37,239 bases of DNA. Origin: Fibrobacteria bacterium (GTDB lineage Bacteria; Fibrobacterota; Fibrobacteria; UBA11236). Within the stretch, counting starts at the first letter, position 1. The number at the start of each line of letters is the position of its first letter. The translations under genes and the position numbers were made by a program. The stretch is taken from the NCBI GenBank assembly GCA_043721115.1, contig JAYSRH010000172.1, positions 1-37,239 on the forward strand, given 5' to 3'. This document shows, piece by piece, positions 9,590 through 18,540 of this stretch. The notes under the pieces were generated by a model that did no database searches, was not told where the DNA came from, and saw only the letters and a program-made list of their open reading frames with translations.

Positions 9590-10339
9590 ATGAATCAACT
9601 TGAAATAGCTCTTATTAGTGCCTCGGAGGATGAAAGAAAAAAAGAGGATTTTTATAGAATCTTAATTGATTCCGATATTTTTATAATTCCAAGTGGAAGG
9701 ATGCCTGAAACAAGGGGCGGTAAAATATTTACTGGTCAAACAATTCAACTCAAACAGATACCGATGCAGGATGGCAAGGCTTACACACCTTTTTTTACAA
9801 GTGAAGAAGTGTTGTCCAATTCCATTGCAGAAAAAGCGACCTATTTAAGGATGAATTCGCTTTCATTTTTTGAGCTTGTGAAAGGAACGGACGCAGTTCT
9901 AAATCCAGGAAATAATTTTGGAAAGTTCTTTTTGAAAGAAGAGATTCATAGCATATTGTCGGGTGATATATTTAAACAAGGTCGTCAAATTACGATTGAC
10001 AAGGAAACGCCCGCACTGGTGGGCGCTCCGGCTAATATTCCAAAAGATCTGCTGCAAAAATTAAGTGCTTTCTATCAAGAAAATAAAATCATTAAGGAGG
10101 CCTATCTAGCATGGATTCAAATTGGAGAAGCTGGTGAGCCTGCCCACTATTTAATAATGTTAAGGTCCACAAGTAGTGACAACCAGATTTTTGAAATATC
10201 GGGAGAAATTTGCAAAAACTGGCTCGGAAACCGAAAAGGAATATTCGATTTTATTTTTGATTCAGGCACAGACTTAAGTTTAATAATACGGAAATCAGGA
10301 ATTCGATTTTATAGGAGAAAATTGTTTGGATTTAATTGA
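9590..10339 (+). CDS. SseB-like (enhanced serine sensitivity protein) family protein
   Basis: N-terminal pattern NQLEIALISA..EDFYRILIDSDIFIIP ... DGKAYTPFFTSEEVL ... DAVLNPGNNFGKFFLKEEI resembles the SseB N-domain as recalled. ATG 9590 is preferred over GTG 9575. Confidence 0.5.
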   Translation: MNQLEIALISASEDERKKEDFYRILIDSDIFIIPSGRMPETRGGKIFTGQTIQLKQIPMQDGKAYTPFFTSEEVLSNSIAEKATYLRMNSLSFFELVKGTDAVLNPGNNFGKFFLKEEIHSILSGDIFKQGRQITIDKETPALVGAPANIPKDLLQKLSAFYQENKIIKEAYLAWIQIGEAGEPAHYLIMLRSTSSDNQIFEISGEICKNWLGNRKGIFDFIFDSGTDLSLIIRKSGIRFYRRKLFGFN

Positions 10340-10377
10340 AATGTAAGGTAGGTGCGGTGGACTCCGAGGAGCTTTTC

Positions 10378-10502
10378 AATATGGCGAAGGTCAAAGTGAA
10401 AAAGGCCTATCCCAAAAACAATAAAAGCTTCGTAGCTTCGGTTTAATTAGGGTAGGGGAAGCATTCCTCTATTTCCGGCTTCCGTCAAAATGCGATGCCG
10501 AT
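10378..10502 (+). repeat. copy B of the ~120-bp diverged direct repeat with mini-ORF (10381..10446, MAKVKVKKAYPKNNKSFVASV)
   Basis: See copy A. GAGGAG lies 9 nt upstream of the ATG. Five of the eight substitutions in the first 12 codons are synonymous. Confidence 0.75.
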
Positions 10503-10568
10503 CCTCCACTACCCCACAGATCCGCCGCCCCTTGGGATTTCTACGTTTCCAGGTAGCCGAAGGCAATC

Positions 10569-11156
10569 ATGACTATACCAATCAACCAAGCCCGGATCTC
10601 ACGTTTCGCCAAGTCCGTGAGCTATGTAAACGCCCTGGATGTGCAGCAAAAGGTCGCACTTTCGGATGAGATATTTGAAAAACAGCCAGAGCTCCTATTA
10701 GAGGTAATCGGACTAAAGTTTTTGAGCGTGTCCGTGCAGCACATTGAACATCTTCTGAACCTTCTGTTCATTTTCTATGACTACTTCCACGCGCGGGGGA
10801 CGGTTGAGCTCCCCCAGGTCAACGATGAAATGATGGACAAGGCGAGTTCGAATATTAAATCAATGCTGAAACTCATGGATAAGGAGGGTCAAGTAGAGTG
10901 GCTCCGGATTATTGGGAAAGGTATTGAGGCTTACCCAGAAGTAGAAGCGATGGCATACTTTTCCAGTTATATGCACGAAAACGGATTCGGCAAGTTCTCG
11001 AGAGAAAATGAAATCTGCCTTCGAACCGGAAAAATGGTCCTGGACTGCTTCACCCATGTAAAGCATCTGAAACGAAATGCGACCCTTCAGCAAAAAGGAT
11101 CTGGCAACAACCAACTGAGGGCTAAAAAAAGAATATCCACCATTTCCAGGAAATAA
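10569..11156 (+). CDS. hypothetical protein
   Basis: 195-codon ATG ORF, predicted cytoplasmic with a basic C-terminal tail. No motif recognised. Confidence 0.55.
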   Translation: MTIPINQARISRFAKSVSYVNALDVQQKVALSDEIFEKQPELLLEVIGLKFLSVSVQHIEHLLNLLFIFYDYFHARGTVELPQVNDEMMDKASSNIKSMLKLMDKEGQVEWLRIIGKGIEAYPEVEAMAYFSSYMHENGFGKFSRENEICLRTGKMVLDCFTHVKHLKRNATLQQKGSGNNQLRAKKRISTISRK

Positions 11157-11250
11157 TTTTCTCGAATGCTCGTTGTAAAATCATGAAAGTATCCACTCAA
11201 TTCAACGATGAAAAGTATGAGGAAATAATCGCCTACTGGAGAAAGCCCAA

Positions 11251-11535
11251 TTGAAATACATCCTCGTGGTTCGATCCGGAACCGAATTCGTTAAGGATAC
11301 GCCACCCATTCTCGCCTCGACCCTCAAAGAACCATTCGATCAAATAGCCGTATTCGGAGTGGGTCGCGCCACCTGGGAAGATGTCATCGACGAAATCCTC
11401 GTCGGGGACGGTCAAAACCCCGATGAGCTACCGACGACGTCCAGTCACCCCAAGGAAAACCAGAAGCAAGTTTTGGACTTTGCGAATACCATCTATCCAG
11501 GCGAAGAACGAAAAATCCAAATCATCGATATTTGA
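11251..11535 (+). CDS. hypothetical small protein (start uncertain)
   Basis: 94-codon ORF that can only start at TTG 11251. A 23-codon ATG ORF (11183..11254) ends in a different frame overlapping this TTG, so an old frameshift is possible. Confidence 0.4.
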   Translation: MKYILVVRSGTEFVKDTPPILASTLKEPFDQIAVFGVGRATWEDVIDEILVGDGQNPDELPTTSSHPKENQKQVLDFANTIYPGEERKIQIIDI

Positions 11536-11575
11536 TTCGGTTGCATTCTCGGATATTGGATTTAAGGAGGAAAAC

Positions 11576-12010
11576 CTGAACATTTCGCATCTACTTGCCC
11601 TCCTGCTGGCAGCGGTTTCATTGGCTACGGCCCATGCGCCCAGACCAGACTATATCCACTATGGAATTTTCGTCCGCGAAACACCTGATTCGACTACAGA
11701 GTGGCCATGGACAAGAATCACACTTTATCACGATGGTAAGTTTGGTATCGAATTAGGAGATCCTGAGGGCGAGTCTGAGCTTGGTTACGGCAATTTTGAA
11801 TATGCTGGCGACACATTAATTTTGAAGAATATCGAAAGCTCTCTTTTTTCAAATGGCTGGCCTTGGGACCTAGACAATATAATGATTCCGGAATTAAGAT
11901 ACCTAACCCGTACCCACAAAAAGCATTCCTTCGAAATTCTACCTCTGACCAAGGGAGCCAAGAAGCCGCCAAAGTGGACCAAACTCGAACGACCATCAAA
12001 ATGCAAGTAA
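11576..12010 (+). CDS. hypothetical secreted protein (non-ATG start inferred)
   Basis: AAGGAGG at 11564..11570 lies 5 nt before in-frame CTG 11576. Signal peptide LNISHLLALLLAAVSLATAHA follows. The 5' part of the track ORF 11381.. overlaps the previous gene and looks non-coding. Confidence 0.45.
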   Translation: MNISHLLALLLAAVSLATAHAPRPDYIHYGIFVRETPDSTTEWPWTRITLYHDGKFGIELGDPEGESELGYGNFEYAGDTLILKNIESSLFSNGWPWDLDNIMIPELRYLTRTHKKHSFEILPLTKGAKKPPKWTKLERPSKCK

Positions 12011-12038
12011 CTGCAGGACCTAAGAACCGAGAACGGAA

Positions 12039-12389
12039 ATGAAAACCTCTCATCCTGAATACGGTATGTTCCTTGTTTTCATTTTCTTGGTTTTCCTCTT
12101 CGCAGGCTGCAAAGACCCGATAGACTACCTCAACAAAAACAAAGCCGAAGTTGTCCTTATCAATAGGGCAGGGGAGCCACTCGTATCAGGCACCCTCTCG
12201 ATTTCAAACCATACCCCTTCCGTAAAAGTGGGCAGAATCGAAAACGATTCCACCGGTTACGTCACCAACGGAATGAACTTCAAGGAAGATCTGATCCTAA
12301 TCAAGATGGGGGATTCATTTGCATTGGTGCTCAAGCGAGACTCTACTTTTTCAGACCCATCAAATAAATATGACAATAACCCCAGATGA
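12039..12389 (+). CDS. hypothetical lipoprotein, possibly interrupted (in-frame TGA, frame open to 12632)
   Basis: Lipobox FLFAGC. Stop TGA at 12387..12389 is followed by 80 more stop-free codons in the same frame, ending ...GNGAISIAHAIAMGVCGT. Confidence 0.55.
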   Translation: MKTSHPEYGMFLVFIFLVFLFAGCKDPIDYLNKNKAEVVLINRAGEPLVSGTLSISNHTPSVKVGRIENDSTGYVTNGMNFKEDLILIKMGDSFALVLKRDSTFSDPSNKYDNNPR

Positions 12390-12729
12390 GCCCAAAGTGA
12401 ATCCCATTACAATCAAGCTGGTGAGATCAATGACCCCATCAGGACCTATGCCATTATCAATGACACCGTTCGAATGTCGTCCCGGAATTTCAAAATCGCA
12501 AGCATTATAAATCCCCTCGATGGCTGGACCGTGCCCTTCAAATACGATGGCCGGTATTGCTCCGCTTTAACGCTCGGAAATGGTGCAATCTCAATTGCAC
12601 ATGCAATTGCAATGGGAGTTTGTGGAACTTAAGGATTGATAAGGGGCTTCGATTTACCTATGCTCCTGTATTTTATAAAGAATTTCCAATACGTTTTTTC
12701 GGTCAGGAAAGAAAGTGAGGGCTTCATAA

Positions 12730-13905
12730 ATGAACAATGCCATCCTGGTAAAGAACGGTTTAATGGGATTTACAGGAATATTACTCCTATCGATTTTCTT
12801 TGGAGGATGCAGGAATGATGTCGCATGCTGCACTGATCCGTCCTTGAAGGCAACTGATGTCCATTTAAAGGGACTGACGGTTTCTGCAGGCGCCCTCAAT
12901 CCAGCTTTTGATTCCTTAACGCTTGGATACACACTTTCAGTACCCAACGATACTAGATCAATTATAATTAACCCAAGAGTTTCTTCTTCTGATTTCGCCT
13001 CTATTTCAGTAAATGGGATGGCAACTCCATCAGGCACTCCGTCTAGATCTATTTTATTGGCGGTTGGTTCCAATACTATTTCTATTGCGGTTTCTTCAGA
13101 AAGTGGTAACCCAAATACTTATACCGTGATCGTCAATCGAGCAAAGAATGAAAACGCTGATTTATCTGGATTGTCCTTTACAAACGGTTTAATCAGTCCT
13201 GTTTTTGACTCTGCGACCCTGGAATATGCCATCACTGTACCGTCTACATCTGTAACTCCGAATGCTTCCGCCTTCGCCACTTCAAGCATCACCGTTAATG
13301 GTTTAACCGTGCTCTCTGGAAAGTCATCCGGGGAGCTGGCGTTAATTGATGGAGCTAATATTTTTCCAATCGTTGTTACTTCCGAAAGCGGAGTAGTAAA
13401 AACATATACCGTGACGATCACCAAATCCACTCCATTCAACCAGGGGCAGAATATCAAGCTGGGCGCTCAAGGATCGCCAATACTACCATCAGCACTTGAT
13501 TTGGATTTTCTGAAACCAATGAATTCCTCCCTAGTCAACGCCGAACAAGAAGCCATTGACTTGGTCTTCCTTGTTTACGCCAACGCCTTCCACATGGATA
13601 ATGCTTTCGCTGCAAGGGCTGCTGGTATTGCAAATAGCATTAATTTGACTAATACATTTGATTCCGCCAGAGTCAAAGATGTTAAAATCGTGAAGGTAAG
13701 TGTCATGCCTATTGATCAAGAACAGACCAAGGCTGCATTTTCCGCTGGTACCGCATCTCCCTCCAACGTGATGCAGGCGGGAGATATTTATCTTGTCATG
13801 ACTACTGGGGGAAAGCTCGCCATAGTTACAATTTCTACACTTGTGGGCATGGACAATAGGGCTAATGCCGACTTCATTGTCACCCTCATTACAATCCCCC
13901 TCTAA
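12730..13905 (+). CDS. lipoprotein with two tandem cadherin-like beta-sandwich domains
   Basis: Lipobox SIFFGGC. Two repeats of the pattern L.GL.v..G.L.P.F.....Y...VP....... end in NTYTVIVNRA and KTYTVTITK. The C-terminal ~170 aa are of unknown type. Confidence 0.75.
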   Translation: MNNAILVKNGLMGFTGILLLSIFFGGCRNDVACCTDPSLKATDVHLKGLTVSAGALNPAFDSLTLGYTLSVPNDTRSIIINPRVSSSDFASISVNGMATPSGTPSRSILLAVGSNTISIAVSSESGNPNTYTVIVNRAKNENADLSGLSFTNGLISPVFDSATLEYAITVPSTSVTPNASAFATSSITVNGLTVLSGKSSGELALIDGANIFPIVVTSESGVVKTYTVTITKSTPFNQGQNIKLGAQGSPILPSALDLDFLKPMNSSLVNAEQEAIDLVFLVYANAFHMDNAFAARAAGIANSINLTNTFDSARVKDVKIVKVSVMPIDQEQTKAAFSAGTASPSNVMQAGDIYLVMTTGGKLAIVTISTLVGMDNRANADFIVTLITIPL

Positions 13906-13983
13906 AATTTACTGGGCCTAGCTGAACAAAATGGACCGTTAGCTTATATCATCCAGTGATTTAAATTTTCTTACACCCTTGAC

Positions 13984-14274
13984 TTAGGGCAAACGACCAA
14001 CGGATCCGTTACGCCGATACAGTTTCCGGCCCAGGAGGGAGAAATTTTTTCTGCTGGAAATCAGTTCTCCCTTCTGTACGGATTTACTGATTTTTCGATT
14101 TAGGGCCACGGGGGTCGGATCATTCACAATCAGGTCCACATTGGTTACTGTGTTAGTCAATGTCAGAGCATCAGATAAATTAAATCTGCTCAGTAAACCT
14201 GTTGTGCAGGCTTCCGGATTCCCAACGATTTCGAAATGCCCATCCATATTGGTAATTGCCCATAGGCTGGACAA
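13984..14274 (-). pseudogene. probable 3' remnant of a secreted protein (CarboxypepD_reg-like segment plus C-terminal sorting-type tail)
   Basis: Only a TTG start is available. TNMDGHFEIVGNPE resembles a carboxypeptidase-regulatory-like fold motif. The tail ...KNFSLLGRKLYRRNGSVGRLP resembles C-terminal secretion sorting domains. At 96 aa it is too short for such proteins. Confidence 0.3.
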
Positions 14275-14354
14275 GGGGTCTCCTGAGGAACAAGTGAAAA
14301 AGATCTGAAGCCTGTTGGAGTCTTTTCCCTCCTCAATCTGCCTATATTATCTGC

Positions 14355-14810
14355 ATGCGATTCCCCATAAGATACCTGAGTCTTGGCATTCTGGTGTCCG
14401 GATTATTCGGGTGCATTCTCGATCCTGGCGAGGAACGTCGTCCTGAAATCCTTCCCGGAAAGTATCAGGCCGACAGCGACGTCGCAGTGGCGATTTACGA
14501 TTTTCATTCCGACGGGACTTTTGAGTTTAAACGGTTTGAGGGAACCAAGTTGACCCTTACTGAAGAGGGAAAGTGGCGTTACCGCTATATCGATCCGGAT
14601 ACCCGCTATTTGGATGAGATTGAAGTCACCCGCAAAGATCTCGTATCCACCGACACCTGGCAGACACAAGAAAATGTGAATTATTCTTATGCAATTTTTG
14701 CGTCATCAGAAAGTGAATTCGTACTCAACCCCGGATCCGGCGATGGACATGGATTTTTTGCACTCCTCACGCTATTCGCAGATACCAATGTCCATTTTCA
14801 CCGCCAGTAG
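14355..14810 (+). CDS. hypothetical lipoprotein
   Basis: Lipobox LVSGLFGC in a 151-aa product. GC content returns to the core-like level here. Confidence 0.6.
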   Translation: MRFPIRYLSLGILVSGLFGCILDPGEERRPEILPGKYQADSDVAVAIYDFHSDGTFEFKRFEGTKLTLTEEGKWRYRYIDPDTRYLDEIEVTRKDLVSTDTWQTQENVNYSYAIFASSESEFVLNPGSGDGHGFFALLTLFADTNVHFHRQ

Positions 14811-15462
14811 TCTACTCGTCGCAGTTCTTTGCTGGCCGATAGTAGAATCGCACGCCGACGCTTCTAAAAGTGGATCGAGTTGGATGTCGATCACCTTGGC
14901 CACTGATGGCGTGCCGCTTACCGATGAGCATCCTTCGCTCGCTCTCGCCATCAAGAAGGAGGTTCGTCCTGGATTCCTGATGGAAGGTCAGATGGTATTA
15001 AGCTCCACCGTGTACGGGCTTTTCGAGGGTAAGCATTCGCCCCGACCCAATTATGGATGTTTGTCCTCATTGATTGGCATTCTCCCCGGGGATCAGGGAA
15101 ACATCGAATTGGCTACCGGCGTAGGCGTGGTCGCGGGACAAAAAGAGGGCACACTCTATTTTAACCACACTTGGGAAAACGGGCTATTTCCCACAAGGAG
15201 TCATGAGTCCAGGCGTTTGGTTTTTGTGGATGTAGGAGTACCCGTAGTGGCGCAATGGCGTTTTACACAGCGGAAAACCACGGGATTGGGGCTCGATTTT
15301 TCTTGCTTGTGGTCTCCAGAATTATTTCGTTGGAATTTGGGGATTTCTATTCAGTTCGGCTTGGGTGCAACCGTACCTCGTCCAGCAAGTATTTTGCCTC
15401 CGCCCAAAATCATTCCGCAGGATGAATCGCCCGAAGGGCCAGTGAGAGAAGAGTTGGAATAG
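14788..15462 (+). CDS. hypothetical exported protein, possibly a small beta-barrel
   Basis: Preferred start is ATG 14788 (MSIFTASSLLVAVLCWPIVESHA signal peptide), overlapping the previous gene by 23 nt. Alternating hydrophobic pattern in the body. Confidence 0.55.
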   Translation: MSIFTASSLLVAVLCWPIVESHADASKSGSSWMSITLATDGVPLTDEHPSLALAIKKEVRPGFLMEGQMVLSSTVYGLFEGKHSPRPNYGCLSSLIGILPGDQGNIELATGVGVVAGQKEGTLYFNHTWENGLFPTRSHESRRLVFVDVGVPVVAQWRFTQRKTTGLGLDFSCLWSPELFRWNLGISIQFGLGATVPRPASILPPPKIIPQDESPEGPVREELE

Positions 15463-15512
15463 CACTTCAGGAATTTACTTCGCCTTGGAAGGATTGCTTG
15501 AATGGCTTAGTT

Positions 15513-15539
15513 TTGAACTGAACTGGGGTTCAGTATAAT
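15513..15539 (+). promoter_or_regulatory. candidate sigma70-type promoter for the LpxR-like gene
   Basis: TTGAAC (15513..15518), a 15-nt spacer and a perfect TATAAT (15534..15539), 14 nt before ATG 15553. The spacer is short. The 7-bp hairpin ACTGAAC-tggg-GTTCAGT overlaps it. Confidence 0.25.
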
Positions 15540-15552
15540 TCCATCAATTGCA

Positions 15553-16701
15553 ATGGGTGAAATGTTTCAATACAAACTTTGGCTACCAATTTTATTGCTT
15601 CTGGCAACAGGGACTCCCTATGCAATGCCGCTATATTTTTCACCTTTGGAGTCGGAATGCCGGGAGACTGGTATGGCCTTCACAAATGATGCCCATTTCC
15701 TGACTTTAAATATGCTCGCGGATGAAGATCGGTACTACACCCAAGGGCTACATTTTTTCTGGGCGGATAGCCCTCGCAAATTATCTGATGCATGGACTCC
15801 AATTCGAAATCTGGGTGAACACCTCAACGCATCCTTGGTTTCCACCCACATCCGGTTGGGTCAGGACGTTTTTACACCCAATGACATTCAAGCTGCACCT
15901 CCTCTTGTGACAGACGACCGACCTTTTGTTGGTTGGTCCCATCTTGATGTGGGGCAGCGGATTTATTTCAATCAAGGAAGCCATGCGGCCCGATTGCACC
16001 TGCAAGCGAATCTAGGGCTAGTGGGGCCAGCCTCTTTCGCCGATGTCACGCAAATCGAATTCCATCGCATCCGTCGCCAAACCGCATCGCGTCCGGAATT
16101 GGATCCAGACCCATCGGCAGGATGGTCAAAACAATTGGGTTCAAAAGGCTTTCCCGGCCACGCGCAGTTCGTTGTCAATTATGGCTGGTCCATCTTTAGT
16201 GAAACGTACACGCATAAAATGGGTGGGCCTTCCAAAATTGGAACGGATCCAAAAATTGGAATGGATATAGGCGCGGAATCCGAAGCGGACTTCGGTTCGC
16301 TATATGGTAACATGGGTGTAGCCCTACAACTTCGGGCCGGGCGCATGACGCGCTCCGTATATTTTCCGATGCCAAATGGAAACGGAAAAAGTTGGGAGGC
16401 GTTTGGATTTGTGCGTAGTGAGATCAAGACCGTGGGATGGAATCAAGTATTGACAGGGGGTAATAGCCATCAGGTTTCGATATCGAATGGGTTGTGGCAG
16501 AATGAATTAGGCTTGGCCTTGCGCGGCGCTTTGCCATTTCCAGAACTTTCTCTGACAGGGTCGCTGTGGAGCCGTGAAACCAATTCCAATCCGATTCAGC
16601 CCTTCCAGCCCGGCCATACGGACTATCGCCCCGAACTGCAAGCGCGGTCACGGTGGATGGATCATGGATTCGGCACCGTGCGGCTGGCCTGGTATTGGTA
16701 G
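15553..16701 (+). CDS. lpxR: lipid A deacylase LpxR family (DUF2219) outer-membrane protein
   Basis: Signal peptide LPILLLLATGTPYA, a family-typical N-terminal DEDRYYTQGLHFFW block, and an aromatic C-terminus ...RLAWYW typical of OM barrels. Confidence 0.5.
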   Translation: MGEMFQYKLWLPILLLLATGTPYAMPLYFSPLESECRETGMAFTNDAHFLTLNMLADEDRYYTQGLHFFWADSPRKLSDAWTPIRNLGEHLNASLVSTHIRLGQDVFTPNDIQAAPPLVTDDRPFVGWSHLDVGQRIYFNQGSHAARLHLQANLGLVGPASFADVTQIEFHRIRRQTASRPELDPDPSAGWSKQLGSKGFPGHAQFVVNYGWSIFSETYTHKMGGPSKIGTDPKIGMDIGAESEADFGSLYGNMGVALQLRAGRMTRSVYFPMPNGNGKSWEAFGFVRSEIKTVGWNQVLTGGNSHQVSISNGLWQNELGLALRGALPFPELSLTGSLWSRETNSNPIQPFQPGHTDYRPELQARSRWMDHGFGTVRLAWYW

Positions 16702-16738
16702 GTGTTTTGGTGATACATAAACGGAAGCAGGAGCCGGA

Positions 16739-17524
16739 ATGAAAGAGTTAAGACTATTCCAAGTAGATGCATTTACCAAAAACCTATTCACTGGAAATCC
16801 CGCTGCAGTATGTCCTTTAGATAAATGGCTATCCGATGAATTAATGCAAAAAATCGCCATGGAAAATAATTTATCCGAAACGGCATTTTTTGTTGCGACT
16901 CCGACAGGGTTTCATCTGCGTTGGTTTACCCCAATCCAAGAGGTCCACCTTTGCGGTCATGCGACGCTTGCGGCCGCCCACGTATTGTTTGAGAGTCTTG
17001 GATATTCAAAATCGACTATCGAATTCCAAACATTAAGCGGGGTGCTGACAGTTTCTAAAAAATCCCAGCTATTGGAAATGGATTTTCCATCCCAAGAGCT
17101 CGTGCCTGTGGATGCGCCAGCGGCTCTTTTGGAAGCCTTCGCCATGCCTTCCGGAAAATGCTTGAAGGGCATGGATTATGTTTTGATTCTAGAAACCGAG
17201 CAGCACGTTCAAGCCGCCAAACCCAAAATGGATAAATTATGTGCTCTTGAACTGCGTGGTGTCGCGATAACTTCACGAGGCAATGATTGTGATTACGTCT
17301 GCCGTTTCTTTGCTCCAAAATTTGGCATTCCGGAAGATCCCGTCACAGGTTCGCTGCAAACGGTATTGGCTCCATACTGGGCGAGCCTGCTCGGTAAAAA
17401 TGAATTGTACGCCAGGCAAATATCGACTCGTGGAGGTGAATTCCATTTAAAAATTGCGGGTGATAGAATATTGATTTCCGGTGAGGCAAAACTGTACCTG
17501 GATGGAAAAATATCCATCCCCTAA
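16739..17524 (+). CDS. PhzF family isomerase-like protein
   Basis: LFQVDAFTKNLFTGNPAAVCPL, LSETAFF, LRWFTPIQEVHLCGHATLAAAHVL and EDPVTGS. RBS AGGAGC lies upstream. Confidence 0.85.
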   Translation: MKELRLFQVDAFTKNLFTGNPAAVCPLDKWLSDELMQKIAMENNLSETAFFVATPTGFHLRWFTPIQEVHLCGHATLAAAHVLFESLGYSKSTIEFQTLSGVLTVSKKSQLLEMDFPSQELVPVDAPAALLEAFAMPSGKCLKGMDYVLILETEQHVQAAKPKMDKLCALELRGVAITSRGNDCDYVCRFFAPKFGIPEDPVTGSLQTVLAPYWASLLGKNELYARQISTRGGEFHLKIAGDRILISGEAKLYLDGKISIP

Positions 17525-17572
17525 ATCAAGTTCCTGCTTCACCCCCTTGCGTTTGAGTACGTAAAGTGGTAC

Positions 17573-18397
17573 ATGTTAAGCATGGCCTTAGACCCTCGTC
17601 ACATTCTGACTATCCGTGCTTTTCAAATAGCGGAAGCCATCGATATCAAACGATGTCGGGTCGATTTTCCCGGGGAGCTGGTAGCCTCGGCCCCACAAGA
17701 GCTTTTTTTCCGACGCAAAGCCTCGCCAGAGGATGGCAGCGGCGAGCGGGAGCAAGGCTATCTGTATATTTTGGATTATGGCGTGGTGATTTTTGCCGGG
17801 CATGGAGATTTGGAAATGGCTGCTTTGATCAAAAAGTTGCAGGCTTTTTGCATCGGCACATTGGACAAGCGCATGGGTGAGGATTTTCGTGTGCATGCCG
17901 ATGTGAGTGAGTTCGTTTTTGGATACAATGATATCCATGTACCGGCTTTCAATGAGGATGTTTTGCGCATCGTGATGTTATACGTGGGTCAATCCGCCGC
18001 GCTCGATCATTACGAGTTGCTAGTCAACCGCATGCTGGTTGAATCCGGAAAATTCAGCCATGAATTGGCGGAATATGGAAGGCTAAAAACCTCACGGCGT
18101 AATGTGCAACGGTTTATCGGCCGGACGCTCACGGTGCGCAATCGGATGGTCGACAATTTGTATATCATGGACGCCCCGGATATCACTTGGGAGAATGAGT
18201 ATCTGGACAAAGTGGATCGCGGCATGAAAAAAACCTTCGACATTTTTGAACGATTCCGTTCCCTGGATTTCCAGCTTCGGGAAATAAAAGAGAATCTGGA
18301 GCTCTTCGCCGAACTGCTTCAGTTCCGGCAAAGCAATATGTTGGAGTGGATCATCATCGCCTTGATCTTTATCGAAATCGTGAACCTGTTTCGGTAG
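17573..18397 (+). CDS. RMD1/DUF155 family protein
   Basis: YLYILDYGVVIFAGHGDLEMAALIKKL block and a C-terminal TM helix LEWIIIALIFIEIVNLF, typical of DUF155 as recalled. Confidence 0.55.
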   Translation: MLSMALDPRHILTIRAFQIAEAIDIKRCRVDFPGELVASAPQELFFRRKASPEDGSGEREQGYLYILDYGVVIFAGHGDLEMAALIKKLQAFCIGTLDKRMGEDFRVHADVSEFVFGYNDIHVPAFNEDVLRIVMLYVGQSAALDHYELLVNRMLVESGKFSHELAEYGRLKTSRRNVQRFIGRTLTVRNRMVDNLYIMDAPDITWENEYLDKVDRGMKKTFDIFERFRSLDFQLREIKENLELFAELLQFRQSNMLEWIIIALIFIEIVNLFR

Positions 18398-18540
18398 GGG
18401 GCTTCCAATCTGAGACAAAAATGTGGTTTAGTAGGCGTTAGTGGGGTGATTTGGCCAGCTTAGCGCATTTTTTGGGCAATTTTGCCGTTAAGGTGCTAAA
18501 ATATTGCCGATGTAGATCATCCTGGGAAGGTTTGTCCTGA

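Noticed and set aside
12387-12389. In-frame TGA as a selenocysteine codon
   Set aside because: I could find no convincing SECIS-like hairpin in the 40 nt downstream. The protein is an orphan lipoprotein with no redox motif around the site. Nonsense mutation or error is more parsimonious.
5958-12389. Alternative genetic code (TGA as a sense codon) to explain the in-frame TGAs
   Set aside because: nuoB and nuoD end with TGA exactly where homologues end, with the next gene starting in overlap. One of the internal stops is TAA (7669), and another TAA lies at 34186. A standard code with pseudogenes fits better.
12319-12510. 63-codon ORF overlapping the end of the lipoprotein gene in another frame
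   Set aside because: It is shorter than the competing open frame that continues the upstream gene. It has no RBS, and its translation is Pro/Ser/Thr-rich without motifs.
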